From Candidatus Spongiisociaceae bacterium (GTDB lineage Bacteria > Actinomycetota > Acidimicrobiia > Spongiisociales > Spongiisociaceae): 64,000 bases of DNA. Below, piece after piece: positions 1-9,152 of this stretch. The notes beneath the pieces are model-generated. The model was not told the DNA's origin. It did no database searches and saw only the letters and a list, made by a program, of their open reading frames with translations. The DNA lies in assembly GCA_965202675.1 (NCBI GenBank), contig OZ241842.1, forward strand, positions 2,567,074 through 2,631,073, read 5' to 3'. The position numbers and the translations under genes were made by a program. Positions within the stretch are counted from its first letter, which is position 1. Each line of letters opens with the position of its first letter.

Positions 1-250
1 CCACATACCCGATGCGGGGGCGGAGCCGGCGCACGTCGGTGCGGCCCATCCGCTCACCGAGTACGGCGGCGGCGCCTCGCGCCGGGAACTGGTAGGTGGA
101 CACCACCTGCAGGAGGGTGGTCTTGCCCGCCCCGTTCGGTCCGAACAGCACCCAGCGCTCGCCCGCCTCCACCTGCCAGTCGATATCCGTGATCAACTGT
201 TTCCCGGCTTTCATCACGGTTACGCCCTGGAGGTCTACCGCCAGGTCCAT
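1..250 (-). CDS. ABC transporter ATP-binding protein, N-terminal part (runs off the window edge)
   Basis: Manual translation from ATG at 250 gives MDLAVDLQGVTVMKAGKQLITDIDWQVEAGERWVLFGPNGAGKTTLL, with Walker A GPNGAGKT. Confidence 0.85.
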   Translation of the reverse strand, partial: MDLAVDLQGVTVMKAGKQLITDIDWQVEAGERWVLFGPNGAGKTTLLQVVSTYQFPARGAAAVLGERMGRTDVRRLRPRIGYV

Positions 251-263
251 CAGCAGATCACTC

Positions 264-1184
264 TTAGTAGCCCAGCTTCGGATCGAAGAGGGGGAAGGGC
301 TGCTCCCCCCGCCGGATTCGCCGGATGTTCTCCGCCACCAGGGGGGCGGCGGTGCGGGCCCTGGTGAACCCGCTCATGTGGGGGGTGATGCGCACCCGGG
401 GGTGGTTCCACAGGGGGGAGTCCGCAGGGAGAGGCTCGATTGCGGTCACGTCCAACACCGCCGCGCCGAGCGGGCCTCCGTTCAGCGCGTCCAACAGGTC
501 GGCTTGCACCGTGGTCGCGCCGCGCCCGACCGATATGTAAAGGGCGTTTTCCCGGAAACAGGCGAAGCGTCCGGCGTCCATGAGGCCGGCGGTCTCCGCG
601 GTCAAGGGGAGGATGTTGACGACCGTCGCCGAGGACCCCAGCATCTCCTCCAGGCCGCGGCGGCCCCGGTAGTTGGTGATTTCCGGATCGTTTCCGCCGG
701 TCCGGGTCCAGGCGCCGACCGGATATCCCAGCCCGGTGAGCGCCCTTCCCACCCGCCGGCCCATGATCCCGTATCCGAGGAAGCCCACCGGGAAGCCGCA
801 GGCCTCCGCCGGACGGATCGGCCGCCATTCCCGGTCTTTCTGCTGCTCTAGGTAGATGTCCAGATTGCGGTGGAAATGGATCACCCAATGCACCGTATAA
901 GCGGCCATCTCCTCGGCCATCGCCTCATCGGACAGCCGCACGACCGGCACGTCCGGGTACCCGGGTCCCGTTATCTTCTCCACCCCGGCGGTCATCGCCA
1001 GGATGGCCCGCAGGTTGCGGCATCGGTGCAGGTCTTCGGCGCTGAGGCGCCACATGACGGCGAACTCGACCGCGTCCGGGTCTTCGACGTCCGGCCACAC
1101 CTGGATTCTCATATCGGGGAGCTCGGCGGCGAGGCGCTCGCGCCAAGGGCCGCCTTCGGAGATCGGTTCCAGCAAAATAGACAT
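264..1184 (-). CDS. ghrA: D-2-hydroxyacid dehydrogenase, glyoxylate/hydroxypyruvate reductase A-like
   Basis: GFLGYGIMG NAD-binding motif; LPLTAET, SVGRG, LDVTAIEPLP and ITPHMSG family motifs. Confidence 0.8.
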   Translation of the reverse strand: MSILLEPISEGGPWRERLAAELPDMRIQVWPDVEDPDAVEFAVMWRLSAEDLHRCRNLRAILAMTAGVEKITGPGYPDVPVVRLSDEAMAEEMAAYTVHWVIHFHRNLDIYLEQQKDREWRPIRPAEACGFPVGFLGYGIMGRRVGRALTGLGYPVGAWTRTGGNDPEITNYRGRRGLEEMLGSSATVVNILPLTAETAGLMDAGRFACFRENALYISVGRGATTVQADLLDALNGGPLGAAVLDVTAIEPLPADSPLWNHPRVRITPHMSGFTRARTAAPLVAENIRRIRRGEQPFPLFDPKLGY

Positions 1185-1283
1185 CCGCCTTAGTCAACCA
1201 CACCCCGGATGCGCCGCCGCCGGCGCGCCTGCCATGACGGCGCCCCGGCGGGGCGGCTACCGTTGGGGAAGAGAGGAGGTTCT

Positions 1284-1847
1284 ATGCCGAACGCCCTTCC
1301 CTGGACCCACTCGGAGGAGGCCAACCGCCTGCTGGCTTCCAGCCCGCTCGCCCTCATGATCGGCATGCTGCTCGATCAACAGATCAAGATGGAGATGGCC
1401 TTCCACTCGCCCCACGCCCTCCAGGAGCGGCTGGGGCGGCCGCTCGACGCAGCCGATATCGCCTCGGTCGACGAGGGGGAGATGGAGGCCGTCTTCAGGG
1501 GGCCGCCCGCCCTGCACCGTTTCCCCAAAGCGATGGGGCGGCGCACCCAGGCGCTTTGCCGGGCCATCGCCGACGACTACGGCGGGGAGGCGGCTTCCAT
1601 ATGGCGCACCGCCGCCGACGGCAAGGACCTGCTGGCGCGCCTGAAGAAGCTGCCCGGCTTCGGGGACGCCAAGGCCCGCATCTTCGTCGGCATAGTGGGC
1701 AAGCGCCTGGGCGAGGGTCCGGAAGGTTGGGAAGAGGCGGCCGCCGACTGGCCTTCCATCGCCGACATAGCCGAGTTCGAGCAGATCGACGGGCTGCGGC
1801 AGCACAAGGCCCGTATGAAAGCCGAGCAAGCCGGCCGGGGCCGGTGA
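1284..1847 (+). CDS. HhH-GPD-type base-excision DNA repair protein (actinobacterial type)
   Basis: GGAGG RBS before ATG 1284; GMLLDQQ, PPALHRFP and LKKLPGFGDAKA (HhH) motifs. Confidence 0.8.
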   Translation: MPNALPWTHSEEANRLLASSPLALMIGMLLDQQIKMEMAFHSPHALQERLGRPLDAADIASVDEGEMEAVFRGPPALHRFPKAMGRRTQALCRAIADDYGGEAASIWRTAADGKDLLARLKKLPGFGDAKARIFVGIVGKRLGEGPEGWEEAAADWPSIADIAEFEQIDGLRQHKARMKAEQAGRGR

Positions 1848-2689
1848 ACCCCGCCGGCCCGGGCGCAGACCGCCGCCCCACCCTCGCGATCATGGGGGTG
1901 GGGTCGATGGGGGGCGCCCTGTTGGCCGGGCTGCTCAAGGCCGGCTGGGCGCCCGAAGAGATAACCCTGATTGAGTCCTACGGCCCGCGGGCGGCCGAGA
2001 TGCGGAAGTCCTCCGGCTGCCGGACGGTGGCCGATCCCGCCCGGGGGGTCGACCGCCAAGAGGCGGTGGTGCTGGCCGTCAAACCCCAGGACATAGCTCC
2101 GGCCCTGGGGCAGCTGGCCGAAGTAATGACTCCCGACCAGGTGCTGGTGGCGCTGGCGGCGGGGGTGCCGATATCGGTCTACGAGCGCTCCCTGGCGGGG
2201 ATTCCGGTTGTCCGCACCATGCCCAACACCCCGGCCCTGATCGGGGAGGGAATAACGGCCTGCTCCGCCGGGGCCCGCGCTTCCGATGAGCACATGGCCC
2301 TGGCCCTGGAGGTGCTGTCGGCGGTGGGGGAGGTGGAAGAAGTAGAGGAATCCCTGCTCGACGCGGTCACCGCGGTGTCGGGGAGCGGCCCCGCCTACGC
2401 CTACCTGCTGGCCGAGGCCATGGCCGACGCCGGGATCCGCGAGGGCCTGGACCCGGATACGGCCCTGCGGCTGGCGGTGCTCACCGTCAAAGGGGCGGCG
2501 GCGATGATGGAGGCCTCGGACGAGGGCCCCGCCGTGCTGCGCCGCCGGGTTGCCTCGCCGGGCGGCACCACCGAAGCCGCCCTGGCGGCGATGGATCGTC
2601 TGGGTTTCACCGCGGTGGTCGGCGAAGCGGTGGCCGCGGCCGCCCGGCGCTCGGAGGAGCTGGGAAAGGCGGCCGCCGGGGAGGGCTGA
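1844..2689 (+). CDS. proC: pyrroline-5-carboxylate reductase
   Basis: GVGSMG, LAVKPQ, RTMPNTP, TAVSGSGPAY and SPGGTT motifs; GTG start overlaps the upstream stop. Confidence 0.93.
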   Translation: MNPAGPGADRRPTLAIMGVGSMGGALLAGLLKAGWAPEEITLIESYGPRAAEMRKSSGCRTVADPARGVDRQEAVVLAVKPQDIAPALGQLAEVMTPDQVLVALAAGVPISVYERSLAGIPVVRTMPNTPALIGEGITACSAGARASDEHMALALEVLSAVGEVEEVEESLLDAVTAVSGSGPAYAYLLAEAMADAGIREGLDPDTALRLAVLTVKGAAAMMEASDEGPAVLRRRVASPGGTTEAALAAMDRLGFTAVVGEAVAAAARRSEELGKAAAGEG

Positions 2690-2911
2690 ACCCGCAGGGC
2701 CGTCCGCGTCGGGCAGGGCAGCTGCATCAAGGGCGCGTTAAATCACGGAATGACAAAAAAATCTGCCAGATCCGCCTACAAGGGTATTGACCTTGTCGCA
2801 CCGATGCCGGATAATGAAGGAGCCAAAGCACCTCCGGTCGGCAGCCGGCGCAGACCGAGACAGGGATCATCTTCCGAACGCGGCCCTGCCGGGTACTGAC
2901 CGGACGCGTCC

Positions 2912-2980
2912 GGATCCATGGTGGCGGCGGTGGGGGCCGGGCCCGCGAAGCGGGGCGCGGGGGCGGGGTTTTCGCGTTCT
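2912..2980. repeat. imperfect inverted repeat, left copy (partner at 4116-4192)
   Basis: GGATCC..GGTGGCGGCGGTGGGGGCCGGGCCCGCGAAGCGGGG..TTTTCGCGTTCT resembles the reverse complement of 4116-4192. Confidence 0.5.
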
Positions 2981-3392
2981 TGCGGGGGGTCTAGGTGTGA
3001 TATGGGGCTGACCAGGGGGTTCGCAGGAGGGTTGGAGGAGAAGGGTTCGGGTTTTCGCGGTGCTGATGTTTTCTCTGAGACGACCGGGGTAGGAGGAGGC
3101 ACGGACAGTGGATGCCTTGGCCGTTTCGTCGGCGGGTGCAGGGTCCTGCCGCCCATGTTCATCGGGTTCCTTCGGGCGCGGCGTTGGTTCGGGCTGTGTT
3201 TCGTCGGAGGGCGCAGGACCCTGTCGCCTGCTCACCGGGCAGACGACCCGACGGTTGCTTGCGCCGGGACACCTCCGGCTCCCTATCCGCGCACGTTCTT
3301 AACACCTTTTGGTTTACCGGGCGCCGCGCCGCCGGCAGAATCATCAACAGCGCTGATGTACTTCCCATGGACGTGGTTTGACAGTTTTGGGG

Positions 3393-3422
3393 GCGGGTTC
3401 ATCCGAGGATGAACCCGCTTTT
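3393..3422 (+). terminator. perfect hairpin followed by a T-run, intrinsic terminator-like
   Basis: GCGGGTTCATCC-GA-GGATGAACCCGC then TTTT. Confidence 0.55.
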
Positions 3423-3512
3423 CGGCTCCGGGGGGGAAAAAAATGCTTGGTTGGTGAGGGCCTGCCTGGTTGAGTCGTGGGTGAAAAGCATCCGCGATTC
3501 CGAGGAGCCCTC

Positions 3513-4020
3513 GTGGGGCAGAGTAGTAGAAGCCGGTTGACACCGTTCGGACGCCAGCTGCTGGTAGACCGGGTCCAGAAGGGGGGCTGGACCCCGGCTC
3601 CGGCGGCGGAAGCAACAAGGGGTGTCCCGCCAGACTGTGTACCGGTGGCTGCGCCGCTTCGAGACCGAAGGCGAAGCCGGTCTCGAGGACCGGCCGTCCC
3701 GTCCGCGGCGCTGCCCCGCCCGCCTGCCGGACGAAGCCGAGAACCGGATAGCGGCCGACCGTCTCACCGAACGGGAAGGCCCGCATCTGATGGCCGGACG
3801 CCTCGGAATGCCCCGGTCGACGATCTACGCGGTGCCGGCCCGCCGGGGGTTGTCGCGTCTGTCGGCCCTGGACCGCTCGACGGGGGTTCCGATCCGGTAT
3901 GTGCGTGATTGCCCTGGTGAGCTGGTACATATCGACATCAAAACCCTGGGCAGGGTCCCCCACGGAGGCGGATGGAGAATCCACGAACGCCAAAACGCCG
4001 GACCCCGCCACAACCATGCG
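3513..4020 (+). pseudogene. IS481-family transposase remnant (frameshifted and truncated)
   Basis: One frame gives SRLTPFGRQLLVDRV; the next gives VSRQTVYRWLRRF..GLEDRPSRP..RYVRDCPGELVHIDIKTLGRVPHGGGWR. Frameshift near 3612-3622; similarity ends after the first DDE Asp. Confidence 0.85.
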
Positions 4021-4073
4021 CATCCCGGAACCGTCTCTTCCAGCCGCCGGCCCCTTTTTCTTCACCCGCCCCG

Positions 4074-4125
4074 CTGTCCGAGAACCCCCTCACTGTCCGA
4101 GAACCCCTTGCTATCCGAGAACGCG
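4074..4125 (+). repeat. short tandem repeat, ~3 x 18-19 bp
   Basis: CTGTCCGAGAACCCCCTCA / CTGTCCGAGAACCCCTTG / CTATCCGAGAACGCG. Confidence 0.7.
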
Positions 4126-4192
4126 AAAATTCAGCGCACCGCCCCCGGCTTCGCCGGGACCCGCCCCCGCCTCCTCCACCAGCACCGGATCC
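4116..4192. repeat. imperfect inverted repeat, right copy (partner at 2912-2980)
   Basis: Reverse complement reads GGATCCGGTGCTGGTGGAGGAGGCGGGGGCGGGTCCCGGCGAAGCCGGGG..TTTTCGCGTTCT. Confidence 0.5.
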
Positions 4193-4463
4193 ACCGTTAG
4201 GGCAAGCCGCCCTGTGCCGGGCGCCGGCGCCCGAACAGACAAGGTTCCGATATGACCGCCGCGCGCTCCGGAACCCCGGCGGCGGTGTTTGTGTGTCAGC
4301 ACACACATGGTATCACAAACCTATGATAAATACAATACCCTCGTCCTGAAATGCGAAAAAAATAATTGCCGCCTGCCGGGACACATGCATAGATGAACAT
4401 GGTGTGATTGCAGGTGACCCGTTTGCTCGGCCTTATGGGAATCGGGGCGGTGCTCGTTTGTCT

Positions 4464-4524
4464 CGTGTTGCTGCGGTCCGAGCGGCGGAAACACAACCTC
4501 GTCCCTTGGAACTACTCATCTAGA
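4464..4524 (+). promoter_or_regulatory. conserved upstream element, copy 1 (copy 2 at 57434-57494)
   Basis: Core TCCCTTGGAACTACTCATCTAGA is 22/23 identical to the copy upstream of grdA; similarity extends through CGGCGGAAACA and CGTGTT. Confidence 0.65.
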
Positions 4525-4578
4525 CTCGGTATCGGGCCGCCAACGGTGCCCGACGCAAACAGCAATGGAGGCAGCTCC

Positions 4579-6720
4579 ATGCGCCGAAAGTTCACCGCCG
4601 CCCGGATACTGGTCTCCCTGGGAGTGCTGGCGGCGGCAGGCACCCTGGGCAGCTGGTTCGCCGGGCAGTTCCCGGGCCACGCCGAGAGCCCCGTCTCCCG
4701 CGAGGTGTTCGTGAACATCCCCTCGCCGCTGAAGGGCATGTTCTACGCGGCGGCGGCCGGGTTCCTGTTCCTCGCCTTCTACCTGTTCTCCCTGCGGGCC
4801 AGGAACTGGCAGCGGGGCGCCCCCGACCGGAGAACCGGGATGTGGAAGGAGCGGATGGCCGCCATGGGGGCTGGGCTGCGCATGCAGACCCTCATGCGCG
4901 ACCGCTGGGCCGGCCTCATGCATTCCATGGTCTACTACGGCTTCGTGGTGCTCTTCCTGGGCACCGTTACCCTGGAGATCGACCACCTCCTCCCCGCCCG
5001 CTTCAAGTTCCTCCAGGGCGCCGTCTACCAGGGGTATTCCTTCACCCTCGACGCGGCGGCGCTGGTGTTCCTGGGCGGTCTGTTCTGGGCGGCGGCGCGC
5101 AGGTACGGGCAGCGGCCGTGGCGCCTGCGGTCCAAGACCCGGCCCGAGGACCTGTGGATCATCGCAACGCTGGCCCTGATCGGGGTGACCGGCGTGGCCA
5201 CCGAAGCCGCCCGGATCGCGGTGGAGGGGCGGCCCTCCTACGAGGTGTGGTCGTTCGTGGGTTATCCGCTGTCGCAGCTGGTGCCGCTGTCCTCGGCGGT
5301 GGCGGTCCACCGGGTGATATGGGTCCTCCACATTGTCTCGTTCCTGGCTTTCCTGGTGATGCTGCCCACCACCAAGCTGCGCCACATGGTTACCTCTCCG
5401 GCCAATATGTTCCTGGCGCCCAGGGAGCGCCCCCGGGGCGCCATGCGGGAGATGCCCAACCTCATGGAAGCGGACGACATCGAGACGGTGGGCGCTTCCC
5501 TGGTGGGCGAGTTCACGTGGAAGCAGCTGTTGGACACCGACGCCTGCACGGTGTGCGGGCGCTGCACCTCGGTGTGCCCGGCCAACGCCACCGGCAAGCC
5601 CCTCGACCCCCGTGAGATCGTGCTTAAGCTGGGGGAGGTTGCGGCCCGCACCGCCGATCCGGTGATCACCGCCCCGGTAACCGTCGATCAGGCCATCACC
5701 GTCTCGGCGGACAGCGTGTTCGAGCGGATCACCCCGGAGGAGCTGTGGGCCTGCACGTCCTGTCGGGCCTGCGACGAAATCTGCCCGGTGGATATCGAGA
5801 TCCTCGACAAGATCCTCGACATGCGCCGCTACCTGGCCCTCATGGAAGCCGATTTCCCCGGAGAGCTGGGCAAGGCCTACCTGTCGATGGAGAACTCCTC
5901 CAATCCGTACGGCATGGGGCAGGCCGACCGCGCCAAATGGACCGACAAGCTGGACTTCGACGTTCCGATCCTGGGCCAGGACGCGGAAAGAGCCGAGTAC
6001 CTGTACTGGGTGGGCTGCGCCGGTTCCTTCGACGACCGCAACCAGAAAGTAACGGTGGCCACCGCCCGCCTGCTCCGCGAAGCCGGAGTCGACTTCGCCA
6101 TTCTCGGGCCGGCCGAGCTGTGCACCGGCGATCCGGCCCGCCGGTCCGGAAACGAGTTCGTCTTCCAGATGCTGGCCATCCAGAACATCGAGACCCTCGG
6201 GGAGGCGGGGGTGCGCAAGGTCATTACCCAGTGCCCGCACTGCTTCAACACCCTCAAGAACGAGTATCCGCAGTTCGGAGGCGATTACGAGGTGATCCAC
6301 CACAGCCAGCTGCTGGCCGAATTGGTGGATATGGGTCTGCTCGAGCCCAAGCAGGGGGAGTCCCGGAAGGTTACCTACCATGACTCCTGCTACCTGGGCC
6401 GCCACAACGACGTCTACATGGCGCCCCGGGGCGTGGTGGCTTCCATCGGCGGCATCGAGGTGGTGGAGATGGGCCGTTCCGGCACCCGCTCCTTCTGCTG
6501 CGGGGCGGGCGGTTCCCAGATGTGGATGGAGGAGCATGTCGGCAAGAAGGTCAACATCGACCGGGCCGAGGAAGCCGTCGCCACCGGGGCCGAGGAGGTG
6601 GCCGTGGCCTGCCCCTTCTGCTACGTGATGCTCGACGACGGCGTGAAGGAGATAGGCAGCGGCGACGAGGTGGCCGTCAGGGACATCTCGATGATCCTGG
6701 CCGACTCCGTTTTCGACTGA
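4579..6720 (+). CDS. membrane Fe-S oxidoreductase, FadF/EtfD/HdrD-like (TM domain, 2x4Fe-4S, two CCG domains)
   Basis: CTVCGRCTSVCP and CTSCRACDEICP; YWVGC, CPHC, YHDSCYLGRHN, FCCGAGG, VACPFC; GGAGG RBS before ATG 4579. Confidence 0.88.
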   Translation: MRRKFTAARILVSLGVLAAAGTLGSWFAGQFPGHAESPVSREVFVNIPSPLKGMFYAAAAGFLFLAFYLFSLRARNWQRGAPDRRTGMWKERMAAMGAGLRMQTLMRDRWAGLMHSMVYYGFVVLFLGTVTLEIDHLLPARFKFLQGAVYQGYSFTLDAAALVFLGGLFWAAARRYGQRPWRLRSKTRPEDLWIIATLALIGVTGVATEAARIAVEGRPSYEVWSFVGYPLSQLVPLSSAVAVHRVIWVLHIVSFLAFLVMLPTTKLRHMVTSPANMFLAPRERPRGAMREMPNLMEADDIETVGASLVGEFTWKQLLDTDACTVCGRCTSVCPANATGKPLDPREIVLKLGEVAARTADPVITAPVTVDQAITVSADSVFERITPEELWACTSCRACDEICPVDIEILDKILDMRRYLALMEADFPGELGKAYLSMENSSNPYGMGQADRAKWTDKLDFDVPILGQDAERAEYLYWVGCAGSFDDRNQKVTVATARLLREAGVDFAILGPAELCTGDPARRSGNEFVFQMLAIQNIETLGEAGVRKVITQCPHCFNTLKNEYPQFGGDYEVIHHSQLLAELVDMGLLEPKQGESRKVTYHDSCYLGRHNDVYMAPRGVVASIGGIEVVEMGRSGTRSFCCGAGGSQMWMEEHVGKKVNIDRAEEAVATGAEEVAVACPFCYVMLDDGVKEIGSGDEVAVRDISMILADSVFD

Positions 6721-6730
6721 GGTCTGCTGT

Positions 6731-7930
6731 ATGACGCAAGAAATGAACGAGATCGAGTTTCCCGACGGGTTCGGGCTGCACCGCGGCAACATCGGCATCA
6801 AGGACGACACCGACGACGTGATGATCCTCTCCGCCGGGGAGGGGACCGCCGCCGCCGGGGTGTTCACGCGCAGCCGGTTCTCGGGGGCGAGCGTGCTCCT
6901 GAGCCGCGCCCACCTGGCCGACGGCCGGGCGAGGGCGGTGGTGATCCTCTCCAAGAACTCCAACGTGGCCACCGGCGCGCAGGGCGCCGCCAACGCCGTC
7001 GAGCTGGCTCGTCTGACGGGGCGGGCGGTGGGCTGCCGGGCCGAGGAGGTGATCGTGGCCTCCACCGGGGTGATCGGGGTGCAGTACCCGATGGGCCGCA
7101 TCCGCCGCTACATGGAGAAGCTGGCCGCCGCCCCGTCGTTTGATGCCCCCGGTTCCGCCTGGGACGCCGCCCGGGCGATGATGACCACCGACACCCATCC
7201 CAAGGCGGCCGCTGCCCGGGCCGGGCGGGCCCGGGTGGTGGGCATCGCCAAGGGGGTGGGGATGATCGAGCCGGATATGGCCACCATGCTGGCGTTGGCC
7301 GCCACCGACGCCGAGGCGCCGCCCCCGATGCTGGACGCCGTGCTGAGGCGGGTGGCCGACCGCACTTTCAACGCTCTCAGCGTTGACACCGACACCTCCA
7401 CCAGCGACATGGCGGTGGTGCTGGCGTCGGGCCGGGCCGGGCCGGTGGAGGAAGCGGTCCTGGAGGAGGCCCTTTATGAGGTGTGCCTGGACCTGACCCG
7501 CCAGATGGCCGCCGATGGGGAGGGGGCCGAGACGCTGATAACGGTGACGGTGGACCAGGCCCGCGACGACGCCCAGGCCAAGGCGGTGGCCAAGTCGATC
7601 GTGAACTCCCCGCTGGTGAAGACCGCCGTCCACGGGCGCGACCCCAACTGGGGGAGGGTGGCGATGGCGGTGGGCAAGGTCTACGACGACGACATCGACC
7701 AGGAGCGGGTGGTGATCCGCTTCGGCGGCGTCGAGGTGTACCCCAACCCGGTGACCCCGGAGCTGCTTACCGCCCTGGAGGAGTACCTGGCCCTCCCGGA
7801 GGTGCTCATCCACGTCAGCCTGGGCGTGCCGGGCGGCGGCGCGGACGGGCGGGGCGGGGGCAGCTTCACCGTTTACGGCTGCGACCTCACCGACGGCTAC
7901 GTCCGCATCAACGCCGACTACACCACGTGA
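6731..7930 (+). CDS. argJ: bifunctional ornithine acetyltransferase/N-acetylglutamate synthase
   Basis: STGVIG, MTTDT, AKGVGMIEPDMATML, DTDTSTSD, DGEGA, DPNWGRV, GCDLTDGYVRINADYTT. Confidence 0.96.
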   Translation: MTQEMNEIEFPDGFGLHRGNIGIKDDTDDVMILSAGEGTAAAGVFTRSRFSGASVLLSRAHLADGRARAVVILSKNSNVATGAQGAANAVELARLTGRAVGCRAEEVIVASTGVIGVQYPMGRIRRYMEKLAAAPSFDAPGSAWDAARAMMTTDTHPKAAAARAGRARVVGIAKGVGMIEPDMATMLALAATDAEAPPPMLDAVLRRVADRTFNALSVDTDTSTSDMAVVLASGRAGPVEEAVLEEALYEVCLDLTRQMAADGEGAETLITVTVDQARDDAQAKAVAKSIVNSPLVKTAVHGRDPNWGRVAMAVGKVYDDDIDQERVVIRFGGVEVYPNPVTPELLTALEEYLALPEVLIHVSLGVPGGGADGRGGGSFTVYGCDLTDGYVRINADYTT

Positions 7931-9144
7931 AGCCGGAAGCGGATTCCGGAGGTCTTTCGCCGCAGACGCTGAAGTGGCTCGCCGCCGCTCCCATCGAGCA
8001 CCGCAAGGGGTTGGGCCAATACATGACACCTGCTCCGCTGCGGGAAAGGCTGCTGGACCGGTGCGGCCTTTTCAAGGGGATGCGGGTGCTGGACCCGGGG
8101 GCGGGGACCGGTGAGTTTCTCCGGTCTGTCCTCGATCGTGAGCCAGAGGCGGAGGTCCACGGATGGGATGTGGATGCCGAGGTGCTGTCCGCGGCTTCGG
8201 CATTGGTTCCCGGGGCGGACCTAGTCCGGCGTTCGGCGCTCGAACCCTATCAGGGAGAGCCGTTCGATCTCGTAATCGGCAACCCGCCTTATTTTCAGTT
8301 CAATGCCTCTCGTGAAATCAGGACATATTTTGCCCGTGTTATTTCAGGAAGGGTCAATATCTTCGCCTTGTTCTTTCAGGCGGGAATGGAGGCGTTGAAG
8401 CCGGGAGGCCAGCTAGCTTATGTTGTTCCTCCTTCAATGAACAACGGGGCATACTTCGAGCGGCTGCGGGATTATCTGATAGAACAGTCCGCAGTCGAGT
8501 TTCTCGAAATCCATTGCGACCAGACTATATTCGATCAGGCGCAGACCCCGGTGCAGCTGATCGTGCTGCGGCGCGGGCAAAAGGACGCTGGCCGTCATGT
8601 ATTCGTCCGCAAGAACCCCGCCAACGGCTTCCGCCGGACAATATTTTCCGAGGACCCGGCGAAGCTGGAGGCTTCGTTCGCCGGCCGGAGCAGTTTGTTC
8701 GATCTGGGCTATGAAGCCGTAACCGGAACCATCGCCTGGAATCAACACCGTTCGGCTTTGAGGCGCGAGGCAAACCAAAGGACTGTTCCCTTGATCTGGG
8801 CCCACAATATAAAAGACGAGATCCGGCTCCAACCCAATCATCAGAGGCCGCAGTACATCGAGACCGATAGACCCCCCTTGACCGGCCCGGCCATTGTTAC
8901 CAACCGTATTGTAGGGTCGGTAGGATCGGCTGAAATCAGGTGCGCCCTGGTTCCCGAAGGAATGAAGTTCATAGGAGAGAACCATGTCAATGTCATTAAA
9001 TGTCATGGATACTTTGACCCCAAGATAGCTTGGGATGATTTACTCAAAGTTCTCCAATCTCCTGAAACCGCCGAGAGAGTGAGGGTATTGACCGGTAATA
9101 CGCAAGTATCTGCTACTGAAATAACTCATCTATTACCTATCTAA
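7927..9144 (+). CDS. N6-adenine DNA methyltransferase (gamma class, TaqI/Eco57I-like)
   Basis: GQYMTP, VLDPGAGTGEFL (motif I), IGNPPY (motif IV); GTG start overlaps the argJ stop. Confidence 0.85.
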   Translation: MKPEADSGGLSPQTLKWLAAAPIEHRKGLGQYMTPAPLRERLLDRCGLFKGMRVLDPGAGTGEFLRSVLDREPEAEVHGWDVDAEVLSAASALVPGADLVRRSALEPYQGEPFDLVIGNPPYFQFNASREIRTYFARVISGRVNIFALFFQAGMEALKPGGQLAYVVPPSMNNGAYFERLRDYLIEQSAVEFLEIHCDQTIFDQAQTPVQLIVLRRGQKDAGRHVFVRKNPANGFRRTIFSEDPAKLEASFAGRSSLFDLGYEAVTGTIAWNQHRSALRREANQRTVPLIWAHNIKDEIRLQPNHQRPQYIETDRPPLTGPAIVTNRIVGSVGSAEIRCALVPEGMKFIGENHVNVIKCHGYFDPKIAWDDLLKVLQSPETAERVRVLTGNTQVSATEITHLLPI

Positions 9145-9152
9145 GGATGCTA

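Noticed and set aside
2794..2815. Possible third PafBC-like motif TGTCGC-N10-GATAAT
   Set aside because: The -10 element lacks the initial T and no intact gene follows.
4074..4125. Short repeats considered as a possible CRISPR array (also 44158-44211)
   Set aside because: Direct tandem units without unique spacers, and no cas genes.
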